In this document: positions 35,598 through 43,515 of the stretch, in pieces
Position numbering within the stretch: position 1 is the first letter of the stretch
Layout of the letters: each line of letters opens with the position of its first letter
Assembly: GCA_015232855.1 (NCBI GenBank)
Contig: JADFYW010000009.1
Location: 4,882 to 68,881 of the forward strand
DNA from: Fibrobacteria bacterium
Lineage (GTDB): Bacteria > Fibrobacterota > Fibrobacteria > UBA11236 > JADFYW01
DNA: 64,000 nucleotides
Direction of reading: 5' to 3'
The notes under the pieces: model-generated
The model's input: the letters and a program-made list of their open reading frames with translations, nothing else
Database searches by the model: none
What the model was told of the DNA's origin: nothing
Made by a program: the position numbers and the translations under genes

Positions 35598-37192
35598 ATA
35601 CACATCGTTACCTGTCCATATGCACAATAGTAGCGCTTCTTATAAGCGTTGCCCTTGTTTACGGCGAAAAGACAGTTGCTGATGACGGCAGTTCACTCAT
35701 CAATACTTCCATGGCAAAAATGCCCAGTGAAGAAAGTTTTACCCGGGACTTTTATTTTTCAAATCTTGACATTCGTTCAGCATTTAAAGCCCTGGCCAAG
35801 TCTGGCAATGTAGATATTGTACTGTCCCCGACTGTTTCCGGTAAGGTGTCGCTTTCCCTCTCTGACAAAACCTGGGAACAGGCACTCAGAATCCTCTGTC
35901 TCATGCACAATCTGCATTCCTCAGTTGAAACGGGATATGTATATGTACAAACCATGGCTGAAGTAAATTCGATTGCAAAAGAAGAACAGCTTGAGCGGGA
36001 AATAATCAAATTAAAACATTCTAAAGTAAAAGATCTTGAAGAAGCCGTAAAAGGCCTGCTTTCCTCTCGGGGTAAAATCTCATTGTTAGAATCTTCCAAT
36101 GCACTCATTGTTACTGATTTGCGGACCCGGATGGATGCTATACAGAAAGCTATTAATACACTGGATGTTGAGCGTTTCCAGGTACATATCCAGGCGGAGA
36201 TAATAGAAGTGAATTCAAATGATCTTCAGGAAATGGGGTTTAACTGGGGTAATGTTTCTAATAAGGGTATTGGGACCATTAATCAGAGTGGGAATATTGG
36301 TAGTGCGCAGATTCCAACATCTAATACCGGTACAGCTTCAGCGACGAGCAGTAGTCAGTCTGCTGTTACACAACTCACTCCGTCCAAATATTCTGAGTTT
36401 TATAATGTTGCCTCTACAGGTGGCAAAGTGGCAAATCCAAGTCTATCGATGGCTTTTGGCCTCCTTAAGGGGCGCCTTATGGGAGTAGTAGAATATTTGC
36501 TTTCCGAAGGTAAAGGAGAAGTTGTGGCTAAGCCTCAAATTACTACCATGGATAACAAGGAGGCCAGGATTTTTATTGGTGAAAACATCCCTTTCCTTAA
36601 GCAGGATGAGAGTTTTAATTCTATTGTTGAATATGTTTCAGCGGGTATAGAACTGATTGTTACACCGCACATAACTAACGAGAATAGAATTATCCTTGAC
36701 TTGCAACCTCAACGAAGCTCTGCCAGTACCGATCCAATTTCTAAAAGTCCCAGGATTTCCACCACAGAAGCCCGTACAACCGTTGTTGTAAATGATGGCC
36801 AGACAGTGGTGATTGGTGGACTTACTTCAAAATCACAAAATGAGATTGAAAGTGGTATCCCCCTGTTGAAGGACATACCTTTATTAGGGTTCCTTTTCAG
36901 GTATACTAAAAAAGAAGTGGTTAAAAAGGACCTTATCATTTTTATTACTCCTTATATTGTTCGAAATGACCTGGAAATGTCGGCCATTGTAAAATCACCG
37001 GGAAAAGTGGTAGAAAAAAAACCGACTAAGACAGCAATTCCTGAAAAATCTTCATCAAGACCAAATACAAAGCCGGAAACAGAATCATTCGATACTGATT
37101 TTCAGACTGATTTACCAGAAGAAGATGTGGAAACGACAGATGATGATTTTAATAATGAAAATGTCGATGATTTTCTGAATGATCTTAATTAG
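35594..37192 (+). CDS. pilQ: Type IV pilus secretin PilQ
   Basis: N0-like domain (NLDIRSAFKALAKSGNVDIVLSP.VSGKVSLSL). Secretin core (IPLLKDIPLLGFLFRYTKKEVVKKDLIIFITPYIV). Acidic C-terminal tail. Confidence 0.85.
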   Translation: MNTHRYLSICTIVALLISVALVYGEKTVADDGSSLINTSMAKMPSEESFTRDFYFSNLDIRSAFKALAKSGNVDIVLSPTVSGKVSLSLSDKTWEQALRILCLMHNLHSSVETGYVYVQTMAEVNSIAKEEQLEREIIKLKHSKVKDLEEAVKGLLSSRGKISLLESSNALIVTDLRTRMDAIQKAINTLDVERFQVHIQAEIIEVNSNDLQEMGFNWGNVSNKGIGTINQSGNIGSAQIPTSNTGTASATSSSQSAVTQLTPSKYSEFYNVASTGGKVANPSLSMAFGLLKGRLMGVVEYLLSEGKGEVVAKPQITTMDNKEARIFIGENIPFLKQDESFNSIVEYVSAGIELIVTPHITNENRIILDLQPQRSSASTDPISKSPRISTTEARTTVVVNDGQTVVIGGLTSKSQNEIESGIPLLKDIPLLGFLFRYTKKEVVKKDLIIFITPYIVRNDLEMSAIVKSPGKVVEKKPTKTAIPEKSSSRPNTKPETESFDTDFQTDLPEEDVETTDDDFNNENVDDFLNDLN

Positions 37193-37229
37193 TATCTGTT
37201 CTGGAACAATCAGTATTTAATCCAGTATA

Positions 37230-37287
37230 GAAATCCACGTCCTCCCCGCATCGCTGAAGCTATGCCGGGCAGGTAGGGTGTGGATTC
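37230..37287. repeat. GC-rich hairpin element downstream of pilQ
   Basis: GAAATCCAC..GCTATGCCGGGCAGGTAGGGTGTGGATTC has terminal AATCCAC/GTGGATT pairing. A second hairpin (AGCTTAGG..CCTAAGCT) lies about 30 nt later. It is the same style as the other intergenic elements. Confidence 0.45.
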
Positions 37288-37441
37288 TTTACTAGCAATA
37301 TTTAGGGGGCTCAAAGCTTAGGCTTGGCTCCTAAGCTACCATTTTAGAATATAATTTGGCAAATTCGCTTTGTTTTGCTTAATTTTCCATTATTTACATA
37401 TTTAAAAAAACCTGCTTTTCATTTAACCAAATGGGATAATT

Positions 37442-39226
37442 TTGCAAATAACACATCATTGTAATCAATTGCGCGAATCGGATGTCGGTCAACAGGTTGC
37501 TCTCAGAGGGTGGATTGATCGCCGAAGAGATCATGGGGGCGTTATTTTCACTGACTTGCGGGACAGGGAAGGAAAGACTCAGGTTGTTTTTAATCCGGAT
37601 TTTAATGCGAAGATCCATGAAGCTGCTGATAAACTTAGGAATGAATTTGTCATTCATGTAAAGGGTGAAGTGAAGCATCGTCCTGAGGGTATGGTTAATC
37701 CTAAAATGGATACAGGAGCAGTTGATGTTTATGCTCATGAACTCCTCATTCTTAGCAAGTGTCTTCCTCTTCCCATTTCAATTAATGATAACGCAGAAGA
37801 AGCTCCGGAAGGGGAAGATGTCCGCTTAAAATTCAGGTATCTGGATATGCGCAGACCAAGGCAACAGCGTTTAATTAAACTAAAAAGCGACTTCTTGTTT
37901 GCCTGGAGGAAGGCCCTGCATGAATCCGGTTTCCTGGAAGTGGAAACTCCCATACTTATGAAAAGTACTCCGGAAGGAGCCAGAGATTTCCTGGTCCCCA
38001 GTCGCCTCAATCCCGGGAAGTTTTATGCTTTGCCACAGAGTCCACAAACCTATAAGCAATTATTGATGGTTGCGGGTTGTGAAAAATATTATCAGATAGC
38101 AAAGTGTTTCCGAGATGAAGATTTGCGGGCTGATCGGCAGCCTGAATTCCTTCAGATTGATTGTGAAATGTCTTTTGTTGAGTGCGAAGACATATATGCT
38201 CAATTCGAAAAAATATTCAAATCCGTTGTTGGAGAGGTATGGGGAAAAGACATTGTTACTCCTTTCAGGCGTATTCCCTATAGTGAAGCGATGTTAAAAT
38301 ACGGAAGCGATAAACCGGATCTCCGATATGGACTTGAAATACATGATGTGAGTGAAATAGCACAAAAATGTGATTTTAAAGTATTTCGTGAAATAGTAGA
38401 AAAAGGTGGTGTAGTCAGGGGTCTGGCAGCAAAAGGCTGTGTTGATTTTACAAGGAAGATAATAGATGATCTCACTGCGTATGTTGGTAAATATGGTTCT
38501 AAAGGCCTGGTCTGGATGCGCTGTAAACCGGAAGGTGTGGAATCCCAGGTTGGCAAATTTTTTAAGCCGGAACAACTGGAACAGCTGAGAGAGCATATTG
38601 GTGGAGAGCCAGGTGATATGCTTTTCTTTATTGCCGGAAAAGAAAAGATGGTTGCAAACGCCATGGGGCAACTTCGTGTCGAAATAGCCAGAAAGAAAGA
38701 ACTCACCAAAAACAAACCTGATGAGTATCTCTGGGTTACTGATTTCCCTATGTTTGAATATAGCGAAACCGAAGATAGGTTTACGGCTTGCCACCATCCC
38801 TTTACTTCACCACAAGATGATCAAATGCATTTAATAGAAGAGGGTAAGCTTGATAATATTCTGGCTAAGGCATATGATATGGTACTTAACGGTGTAGAAA
38901 TCGGCGGTGGCTCAATAAGAATTCACCGCCCGGAAGTGCAGCAAAAAGTTTTTAAATGTCTGGGTATGTCAGAAGAACAATGGAAACAAAAATTTGGATA
39001 CTTTGTTGAGGCATTCCAATATGGTCCTCCTCCACATGGTGGTTTGGCCTTTGGAGTGGATCGAGTACTTGCAACTTTGGAATCCAGAGACTCAATCAGA
39101 GACTTTATTCCTTTTCCCAAAACCAGTTCAGGAATTTCTCTTCTTGAAAATTGTCCCTCAGAAGTAGATGCAGAACAACTCCAGGAACTTCATATTCAGG
39201 TATCTGGAACTGCTAAAAAAGCCTGA
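37442..39226 (+). CDS. aspS: Aspartate--tRNA ligase (bacterial type)
   Basis: TTG start. VALRGWIDRRRDHGGVIFTDLRDREG, QSPQTYKQLLM, FRDEDLRADRQPEF and GGGSIRIH are the class IIb motifs. Confidence 0.95.
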   Translation: MQITHHCNQLRESDVGQQVALRGWIDRRRDHGGVIFTDLRDREGKTQVVFNPDFNAKIHEAADKLRNEFVIHVKGEVKHRPEGMVNPKMDTGAVDVYAHELLILSKCLPLPISINDNAEEAPEGEDVRLKFRYLDMRRPRQQRLIKLKSDFLFAWRKALHESGFLEVETPILMKSTPEGARDFLVPSRLNPGKFYALPQSPQTYKQLLMVAGCEKYYQIAKCFRDEDLRADRQPEFLQIDCEMSFVECEDIYAQFEKIFKSVVGEVWGKDIVTPFRRIPYSEAMLKYGSDKPDLRYGLEIHDVSEIAQKCDFKVFREIVEKGGVVRGLAAKGCVDFTRKIIDDLTAYVGKYGSKGLVWMRCKPEGVESQVGKFFKPEQLEQLREHIGGEPGDMLFFIAGKEKMVANAMGQLRVEIARKKELTKNKPDEYLWVTDFPMFEYSETEDRFTACHHPFTSPQDDQMHLIEEGKLDNILAKAYDMVLNGVEIGGGSIRIHRPEVQQKVFKCLGMSEEQWKQKFGYFVEAFQYGPPPHGGLAFGVDRVLATLESRDSIRDFIPFPKTSSGISLLENCPSEVDAEQLQELHIQVSGTAKKA

Positions 39227-39312
39227 AATTTGGGATTTTTATAGACATTTTTCCATTCTCATCTTGACGGGAATTTACGAAAGGTTTAGCTTTGTTAAAA
39301 AGGTAGGCATCT

Positions 39313-39546
39313 ATGAATATTGTTAAAAAGCTCGTATTAATTATTTTTCTGGGTATTTTTTGTTTTTCACTTACTTCCTGTGCGAAAACCAAAGGTGGTG
39401 CGAGCCCGGGTGCGTCAGATGATGCTGGTTCGGCTGCCAGTGCAGAGGATACCGAACTTGATCAAGCCAAACAGGATGCGGAATCCGCCGAATGGGAAGC
39501 TCACCGTCTAAGAGAAGAATTGCACAGAAAGCAACAACCTCAATAA
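39313..39546 (+). CDS. Small coiled-coil lipoprotein (paralog A)
   Basis: Lipobox LTSC. The ~55-aa mature part is acidic and helical (ELDQAKQDAESAEWEAHRLREEL). Confidence 0.45.
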   Translation: MNIVKKLVLIIFLGIFCFSLTSCAKTKGGASPGASDDAGSAASAEDTELDQAKQDAESAEWEAHRLREELHRKQQPQ

Positions 39547-39601
39547 ATAGCTTAAAATTCACAGAATTATTATTTTGCAGAGCTTTTTTTTCATTCGCAA
39601 A

Positions 39602-39859
39602 ATGGCCTTGCTTGGTGCTGTTTTCCTATTATGTTTGTTGATTTTTACATCGTGCTCATCTAAACCAAACAAGCAGGAATTAAGCCGTATTGATGATGCG
39701 AGAATTGAAGCTGAAGCAGCTGAAGCCCAGTTAAAGACCCTGAAAAAAGAAAGGGAAAAACTGGAACAAGAACTTGAAAAACTAAAACAATCCTTAAAAG
39801 AAAAAACGGAATCAGTAAATGATGCAAAATCCAATATTCCGGATAAAAGCTCAAAATGA
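39602..39859 (+). CDS. Small coiled-coil lipoprotein (paralog B)
   Basis: I prefer the ATG at 39602 over the TTG at 39575. Lipobox FTSC. KPNKQELSRIDDARIEAEAAEAQLKTLKKEREKLEQELEKLKQSL aligns with the 41407 gene. It ends in Lys. Confidence 0.5.
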   Translation: MALLGAVFLLCLLIFTSCSSKPNKQELSRIDDARIEAEAAEAQLKTLKKEREKLEQELEKLKQSLKEKTESVNDAKSNIPDKSSK

Positions 39860-39893
39860 TTCAGCTTTTTCCCAGTACCATTTTTTTCGGTAA

Positions 39894-40856
39894 GTGATAA
39901 AAACATTCTATCCAATTGAAGGTGATTTAAAAATCCGTTTGGCAGGTCCGGCAGAGGCTTTCCTGTTGAAAATTGAAGATGTTTGTAAACTAAAGGTTTT
40001 AAGTTGTGAAGAAGGCTTTCTTTTTCAATCCGATTCTCAAGAACCAATTGTTTTTGCAACTAAAATATTGGATGGTTTAAAAGAAGCCATTAATAACCAA
40101 CAAGAGATTTCTGAGCAATCGATAGAAAATTTCAGACAATTATTTCAGGCATCTTCTGAAAATAGCAGTACTTTTGAGCATTATTTGCAAACACCCGTGC
40201 ACTGGGACCGGTATGGAAAACCAGTTCATGCAAGAACAATAGGCCAGGCCTATTTTATCCAAAAAGTCATGGAAACAGATATATGCCTGGCCACAGGGCC
40301 TGCTGGTACCGGAAAAACCTTTCTCGCAGTTGCCCTGGCAGTATCATTTTTGAATAAACAAAAAGTCAGTAAAATTGTTTTGGCCCGTCCAGCGGTGGAA
40401 TCTGGCGAATACCTTGGGTTTTTGCCGGGGGATTTAAGAGAAAAAATAGCTCCTTATATGACTCCTATCTCTGACGCCTTGAATGAATTAGTGCCAGCGG
40501 ATTTACTAGCCAAATATCGGGAAGAAGAAAAGATAGAGATCGCACCACTTGCATATATGCGTGGAAGGACCTTAAACAACTGTTTCATTATTCTTGATGA
40601 GGCCCAGAACACAACAATTGCACAAATGAAAATGTTTCTCACTCGTGTTGGAGTTGATAGTAAAGTTATTGTTGCCGGAGATGAAACTCAGAAAGACTTA
40701 CCCCCAAAATCCGCTTCTGGACTGCAGCATGCCAAAAAAATATTGAAGCATATTCCGGGAATTGGAATCATTTCTCTCAGTGTACAGGATGTAGTAAGGC
40801 ATCAGCTGGTAAAAGACATCATTTATGCTTATGAAAAATCAGAAAAAAGAAAGTAA
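39894..40856 (+). CDS. phoH: PhoH-family ATPase
   Basis: GTG start. Walker A GPAGTGKTFLAVALAV, then ILDEAQN and VIVAGDETQKDLP. Confidence 0.85.
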   Translation: MIKTFYPIEGDLKIRLAGPAEAFLLKIEDVCKLKVLSCEEGFLFQSDSQEPIVFATKILDGLKEAINNQQEISEQSIENFRQLFQASSENSSTFEHYLQTPVHWDRYGKPVHARTIGQAYFIQKVMETDICLATGPAGTGKTFLAVALAVSFLNKQKVSKIVLARPAVESGEYLGFLPGDLREKIAPYMTPISDALNELVPADLLAKYREEEKIEIAPLAYMRGRTLNNCFIILDEAQNTTIAQMKMFLTRVGVDSKVIVAGDETQKDLPPKSASGLQHAKKILKHIPGIGIISLSVQDVVRHQLVKDIIYAYEKSEKRK

Positions 40857-40911
40857 ATCTTGATATTTTTTTAACGCTATCTTATATTTATCACGGTTTT
40901 TAAAGCTTATT

Positions 40912-41109
40912 ATGAATAACAAATTTTTTTCAAGAGAGAATTACGTCGGAATACTAATAGGTATCGCGGGACTTGTCCTGGGATTCTGGTTTTTAGCCCA
41001 GGGCCCGGTTAATGGTTCCCTTACTTTAAATGTTGCTCCGATTGTTCTCAGTTTAACGTATTGTGTCGTTTTTCCGGTAGCAATATTATGGAAAAAAGGT
41101 CAGAAATAA
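40912..41109 (+). CDS. Small two-TM membrane protein (DUF3098-like)
   Basis: 65 aa. FSRENYVGILIGIAGLVLGFWFLAQGP resembles the DUF3098 family common in the FCB group. Weak evidence. Confidence 0.35.
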   Translation: MNNKFFSRENYVGILIGIAGLVLGFWFLAQGPVNGSLTLNVAPIVLSLTYCVVFPVAILWKKGQK

Positions 41110-41130
41110 TAATGCTTGTAGTCACTAAAA

Positions 41131-41205
41131 GGGCGCTTAGCTCAGTTGGTTTAGAGCACCTGCCTTACAAGCAGGGGGTCGTAAGTTCAAATCTTACATC
41201 GCCCA
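41131..41205 (+). tRNA. tRNA-Val (anticodon UAC)
   Basis: I folded the cloverleaf by hand: acceptor GGGCGCT/ATCGCCC (one C6-U67 mismatch), D arm GCTC/GAGC, anticodon stem CCTGC/GCAGG with loop CTTACAA, T arm GTAAG-TTCAAAT-CTTAC. CCA is not encoded. Confidence 0.85.
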
Positions 41206-41214
41206 AAAGTTTTA

Positions 41215-41289
41215 GGAGTGGTAGCTCAATTTGGTTAGAGTACTAGCCTGTCACGCTAGGGGTTGCGAGTTCAAGTCTCGTCCATTCCG
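41215..41289 (+). tRNA. tRNA-Asp (anticodon GUC)
   Basis: Acceptor GGAGTGG/CCATTCC, anticodon stem CTAGC/GCTAG with loop CTGTCAC, T arm GCGAG-TTCAAGT-CTCGT, discriminator G. CCA is not encoded. Confidence 0.9.
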
Positions 41290-41295
41290 TAAATC

Positions 41296-41335
41296 AAAAG
41301 CAGGCTTTTAAATAAAGCCTGCTTTTTTATTTTTA
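41296..41335 (+). terminator. Intrinsic terminator after the tRNA pair
   Basis: AAAAGCAGGCTTT-TAAATA-AAAGCCTGCTTTT followed by TTATTTTT. Confidence 0.8.
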
Positions 41336-41406
41336 CATCCAAAGAACATAAGTTACTTTACACATAGAGCATTCTGTGCAATTCAGTTTTATAAAGGAGA
41401 GCCTGT

Positions 41407-41682
41407 ATGTATACTCATCCACAAAAAGTAAAAAAAGGATTTAAGCTTTTTCTATTGGCCTTAGGCCTCTTTTTTGTTTTGAGTGCCTGTACCAAAAAGC
41501 CATCAGAGCAAGAGCTATCAATGCTTGAAGAGGCAAAAAAAGCTGCAGAAGCGGCAAATCAGCAGGTTATTATGCTTGAGACTGAGTATAAACAGTTGGA
41601 GACAGAGCTTGAAGGTGAAAAACAAGCTCTAGCAGAAAATTTGGAAGAACAGCGTATTATTAAAGAAAAACTTGAGCAATAA
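41407..41682 (+). CDS. Small coiled-coil lipoprotein (paralog C)
   Basis: Lipobox LSAC. KKPSEQELSMLEEAKKAAEAANQQVIMLETEYKQLETELEGEKQAL aligns with paralog B. Confidence 0.5.
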   Translation: MYTHPQKVKKGFKLFLLALGLFFVLSACTKKPSEQELSMLEEAKKAAEAANQQVIMLETEYKQLETELEGEKQALAENLEEQRIIKEKLEQ

Positions 41683-41691
41683 GGGGGGGGA

Positions 41692-42444
41692 ATGATGATC
41701 AAAAAATTATTGACAGTCATTTTACTTGTGATGTTGCTGGCTGAAGCTGCTAAAATCACTTATGAAGAATATAGCAAGCAATTGTCTACAGCGAAACAAA
41801 CCGAAGAGGAAGCTCTCCCCAGGATTGCAGAGTTAAAATCAAAAATTGCGACTTTAAAAATTGAAATAGAACAAACCCAGAAAAGTTCGCAACAGGCCTG
41901 GGAAGCAACCCTTGGCTTGCTTGGGACCACTCAGGAAGACTATGATGATTTTATTAACCGTGTAGAAGAATTACGTGTAGAAACCGAATCTTTTCGACAA
42001 AAGTATGCCGATGATTTGAAAGCCTGGTCTGTCTCGATTATTGATTCTGAAAATAAATTGCAAACCATGAAAAACAATAAGGTTGCAGCTCTTCAGCGGG
42101 TTGAAGAATATTTTGAAGCAGTGACTCTGGCTATTCAGACTTCAAAGGGTGCTCATTCAGAAGCCGCACAGGCGTCTGAAAACACCCCAGCAGAAAAGGT
42201 TACTGCTGTAGCAAAACCTCAAGCATCGGCCACTGTTGTTTCTCAAAAAAGTTCTGGATCAACGGCTGAAACCTACACGGTTGAGATTTCCAACCAATAT
42301 CGTGACTGCCTCTGGAAAATAGCTGGTAAACCGGAAGTGTTTGGAAACCCCTATCGCTGGAAAGAATTATATGATGCTAATGCTGAGGTAATTAAAAACC
42401 CTAATCTTATTTATCCTGGGCAAACCCTTAAGATTCCTCGATAA
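41692..42444 (+). CDS. Secreted coiled-coil protein with C-terminal LysM peptidoglycan-binding domain
   Basis: Signal peptide (..LLAEAA) and a long helical region. The C-terminal YTVEISNQYRDCLWKIAGKPEVFGNPYRWKELYDANAEVIKNPNLIYPGQTLKIP is LysM. Confidence 0.7.
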   Translation: MMIKKLLTVILLVMLLAEAAKITYEEYSKQLSTAKQTEEEALPRIAELKSKIATLKIEIEQTQKSSQQAWEATLGLLGTTQEDYDDFINRVEELRVETESFRQKYADDLKAWSVSIIDSENKLQTMKNNKVAALQRVEEYFEAVTLAIQTSKGAHSEAAQASENTPAEKVTAVAKPQASATVVSQKSSGSTAETYTVEISNQYRDCLWKIAGKPEVFGNPYRWKELYDANAEVIKNPNLIYPGQTLKIPR

Positions 42445-42480
42445 TTAGTATCAAAACTTTTTGTATGTTAAATGACCTCT

Positions 42481-42558
42481 GTCATCGCCCGACTTGACCG
42501 GGCAATCCATTCAAAAATCGGTGAATTTCTGGATTGCCCGGTCAAGCCGGGCTATGAC
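42481..42558. repeat. Palindromic intergenic element between convergent genes (GTCATCGCCCGACTTGACCGGGCAATCC ... GGATTGCCCGGTCAAGCCGGGCTATGAC)
   Basis: 28-nt inverted arms. It probably also acts as a bidirectional terminator hairpin. Confidence 0.7.
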
Positions 42559-42607
42559 ATGTTCATAGCATAAATAATTTTTGTTAGTTTTGAATAGAAT
42601 CTAATTT

Positions 42608-43420
42608 CTAAATATTAATTACCACTCGGTATGTATATTTTGAATGTGCAGTACCGAGAGTAAGTGTTCCTTCTTTTTTCTTAAAAAAGACCGGCCCGGG
42701 TTGGCCGTTTTTACTTCCGATTGGCTTGCCATCTACAATGGCTCCTAAATGACTGCCCCGGTCAAAAACGCCTATATTCCCGTTTTCGGATATGAAGCTC
42801 ACATGGTGGCGGGATATTTGCCAGGGCTGTTTATCAGGAATTTTTAGGTCGTTTTGAATGAGAGGATCATTTACATCGCGGCCGAGCCTAAAAGGGAATT
42901 TCGAAAAGGTAAAATGGCTTGATGGTAAAGATAATTCGGCCTCAGGAGTCATCCCTTCAAGAGTTACACTTACTGCTGCGTGAGGTTTTCCTTTATTTTC
43001 AGCGAGATCTTTTTCACTGGGAGGTTCCATAAAGGTGGTCATGCCGGTGGGCTCTTTTTCGTACTTTGACTGCAAATGCAAAATGGTCATATTTGCTTCT
43101 CTCAATCGTTCAAACAAAGCACTTAACAAATTAAGGGATACATCGGGGTGTGCTTTTAGAGTCTGGAAAAGCCCATCCCGATGTACCTCCCGAACAACTG
43201 TTTCTTCAACTGCAGTAACGGTCGCAGATCTTGGCTTTTCATCAATAACGCTCATTTCTCCAACAGTTTCTCCACCATTTAAATAGGTGAGGTGGATCCG
43301 CTTACCATTTACTTCCCTGGTAACTTCTACTTTACCACGTTCAATAATATAGGCGGTATCACCAGGGTCATTTTCCTTGATTAATACTTCTCCCTTGGCA
43401 AACTGACGGATAGTAATCAA
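42608..43420 (-). CDS. Cyclic-nucleotide-binding (CAP_ED) domain fused to an FHA-like domain
   Basis: N-terminal FAKGEVLIKENDPGDTAYIIERGKVEV..GETVGEMSVID.KPRSATVTA is cNMP-binding. C-terminal FRLGRD....ISRHHVSF..GNIGVFDRGSHLGAIVDGKPI is FHA-like. Confidence 0.65.
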   Translation of the reverse strand: MITIRQFAKGEVLIKENDPGDTAYIIERGKVEVTREVNGKRIHLTYLNGGETVGEMSVIDEKPRSATVTAVEETVVREVHRDGLFQTLKAHPDVSLNLLSALFERLREANMTILHLQSKYEKEPTGMTTFMEPPSEKDLAENKGKPHAAVSVTLEGMTPEAELSLPSSHFTFSKFPFRLGRDVNDPLIQNDLKIPDKQPWQISRHHVSFISENGNIGVFDRGSHLGAIVDGKPIGSKNGQPGPVFFKKKEGTLTLGTAHSKYTYRVVINI

Positions 43421-43515
43421 AATAGCCTCCTAAAACTAAATCAAAATCTGCTGTATTTTTTTATCTATTACAGGATCTTACACCTTTTAAACTTAAAAAG
43501 CCAGTTATTTTAGCA

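Noticed and set aside
38278-38797. Two overlapping minus-strand ORFs (145 and 167 aa)
   Set aside because: They are antisense to aspS, which is unambiguous.
41131-41205. C6-U67 mismatch in the tRNA-Val acceptor stem; considered as a sign of a pseudo-tRNA
   Set aside because: All other stems and conserved loop residues are intact. A single acceptor mismatch is tolerated, so I kept it as a functional tRNA call.
41061-41246. 61-aa ORF downstream of the small membrane protein gene
   Set aside because: It reads straight through tRNA-Val and into tRNA-Asp, so it is spurious.
41683-41690. G8 run in the 9-nt spacer between the third small lipoprotein gene and the LysM gene; considered as a phase-variation tract or Shine-Dalgarno
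   Set aside because: It is intergenic, so length changes would not shift a frame, and it ends 1 nt from the ATG, which is too close for a normal SD. I record it only as another homopolymer whose length should not be trusted, given the dnaX C10 problem.
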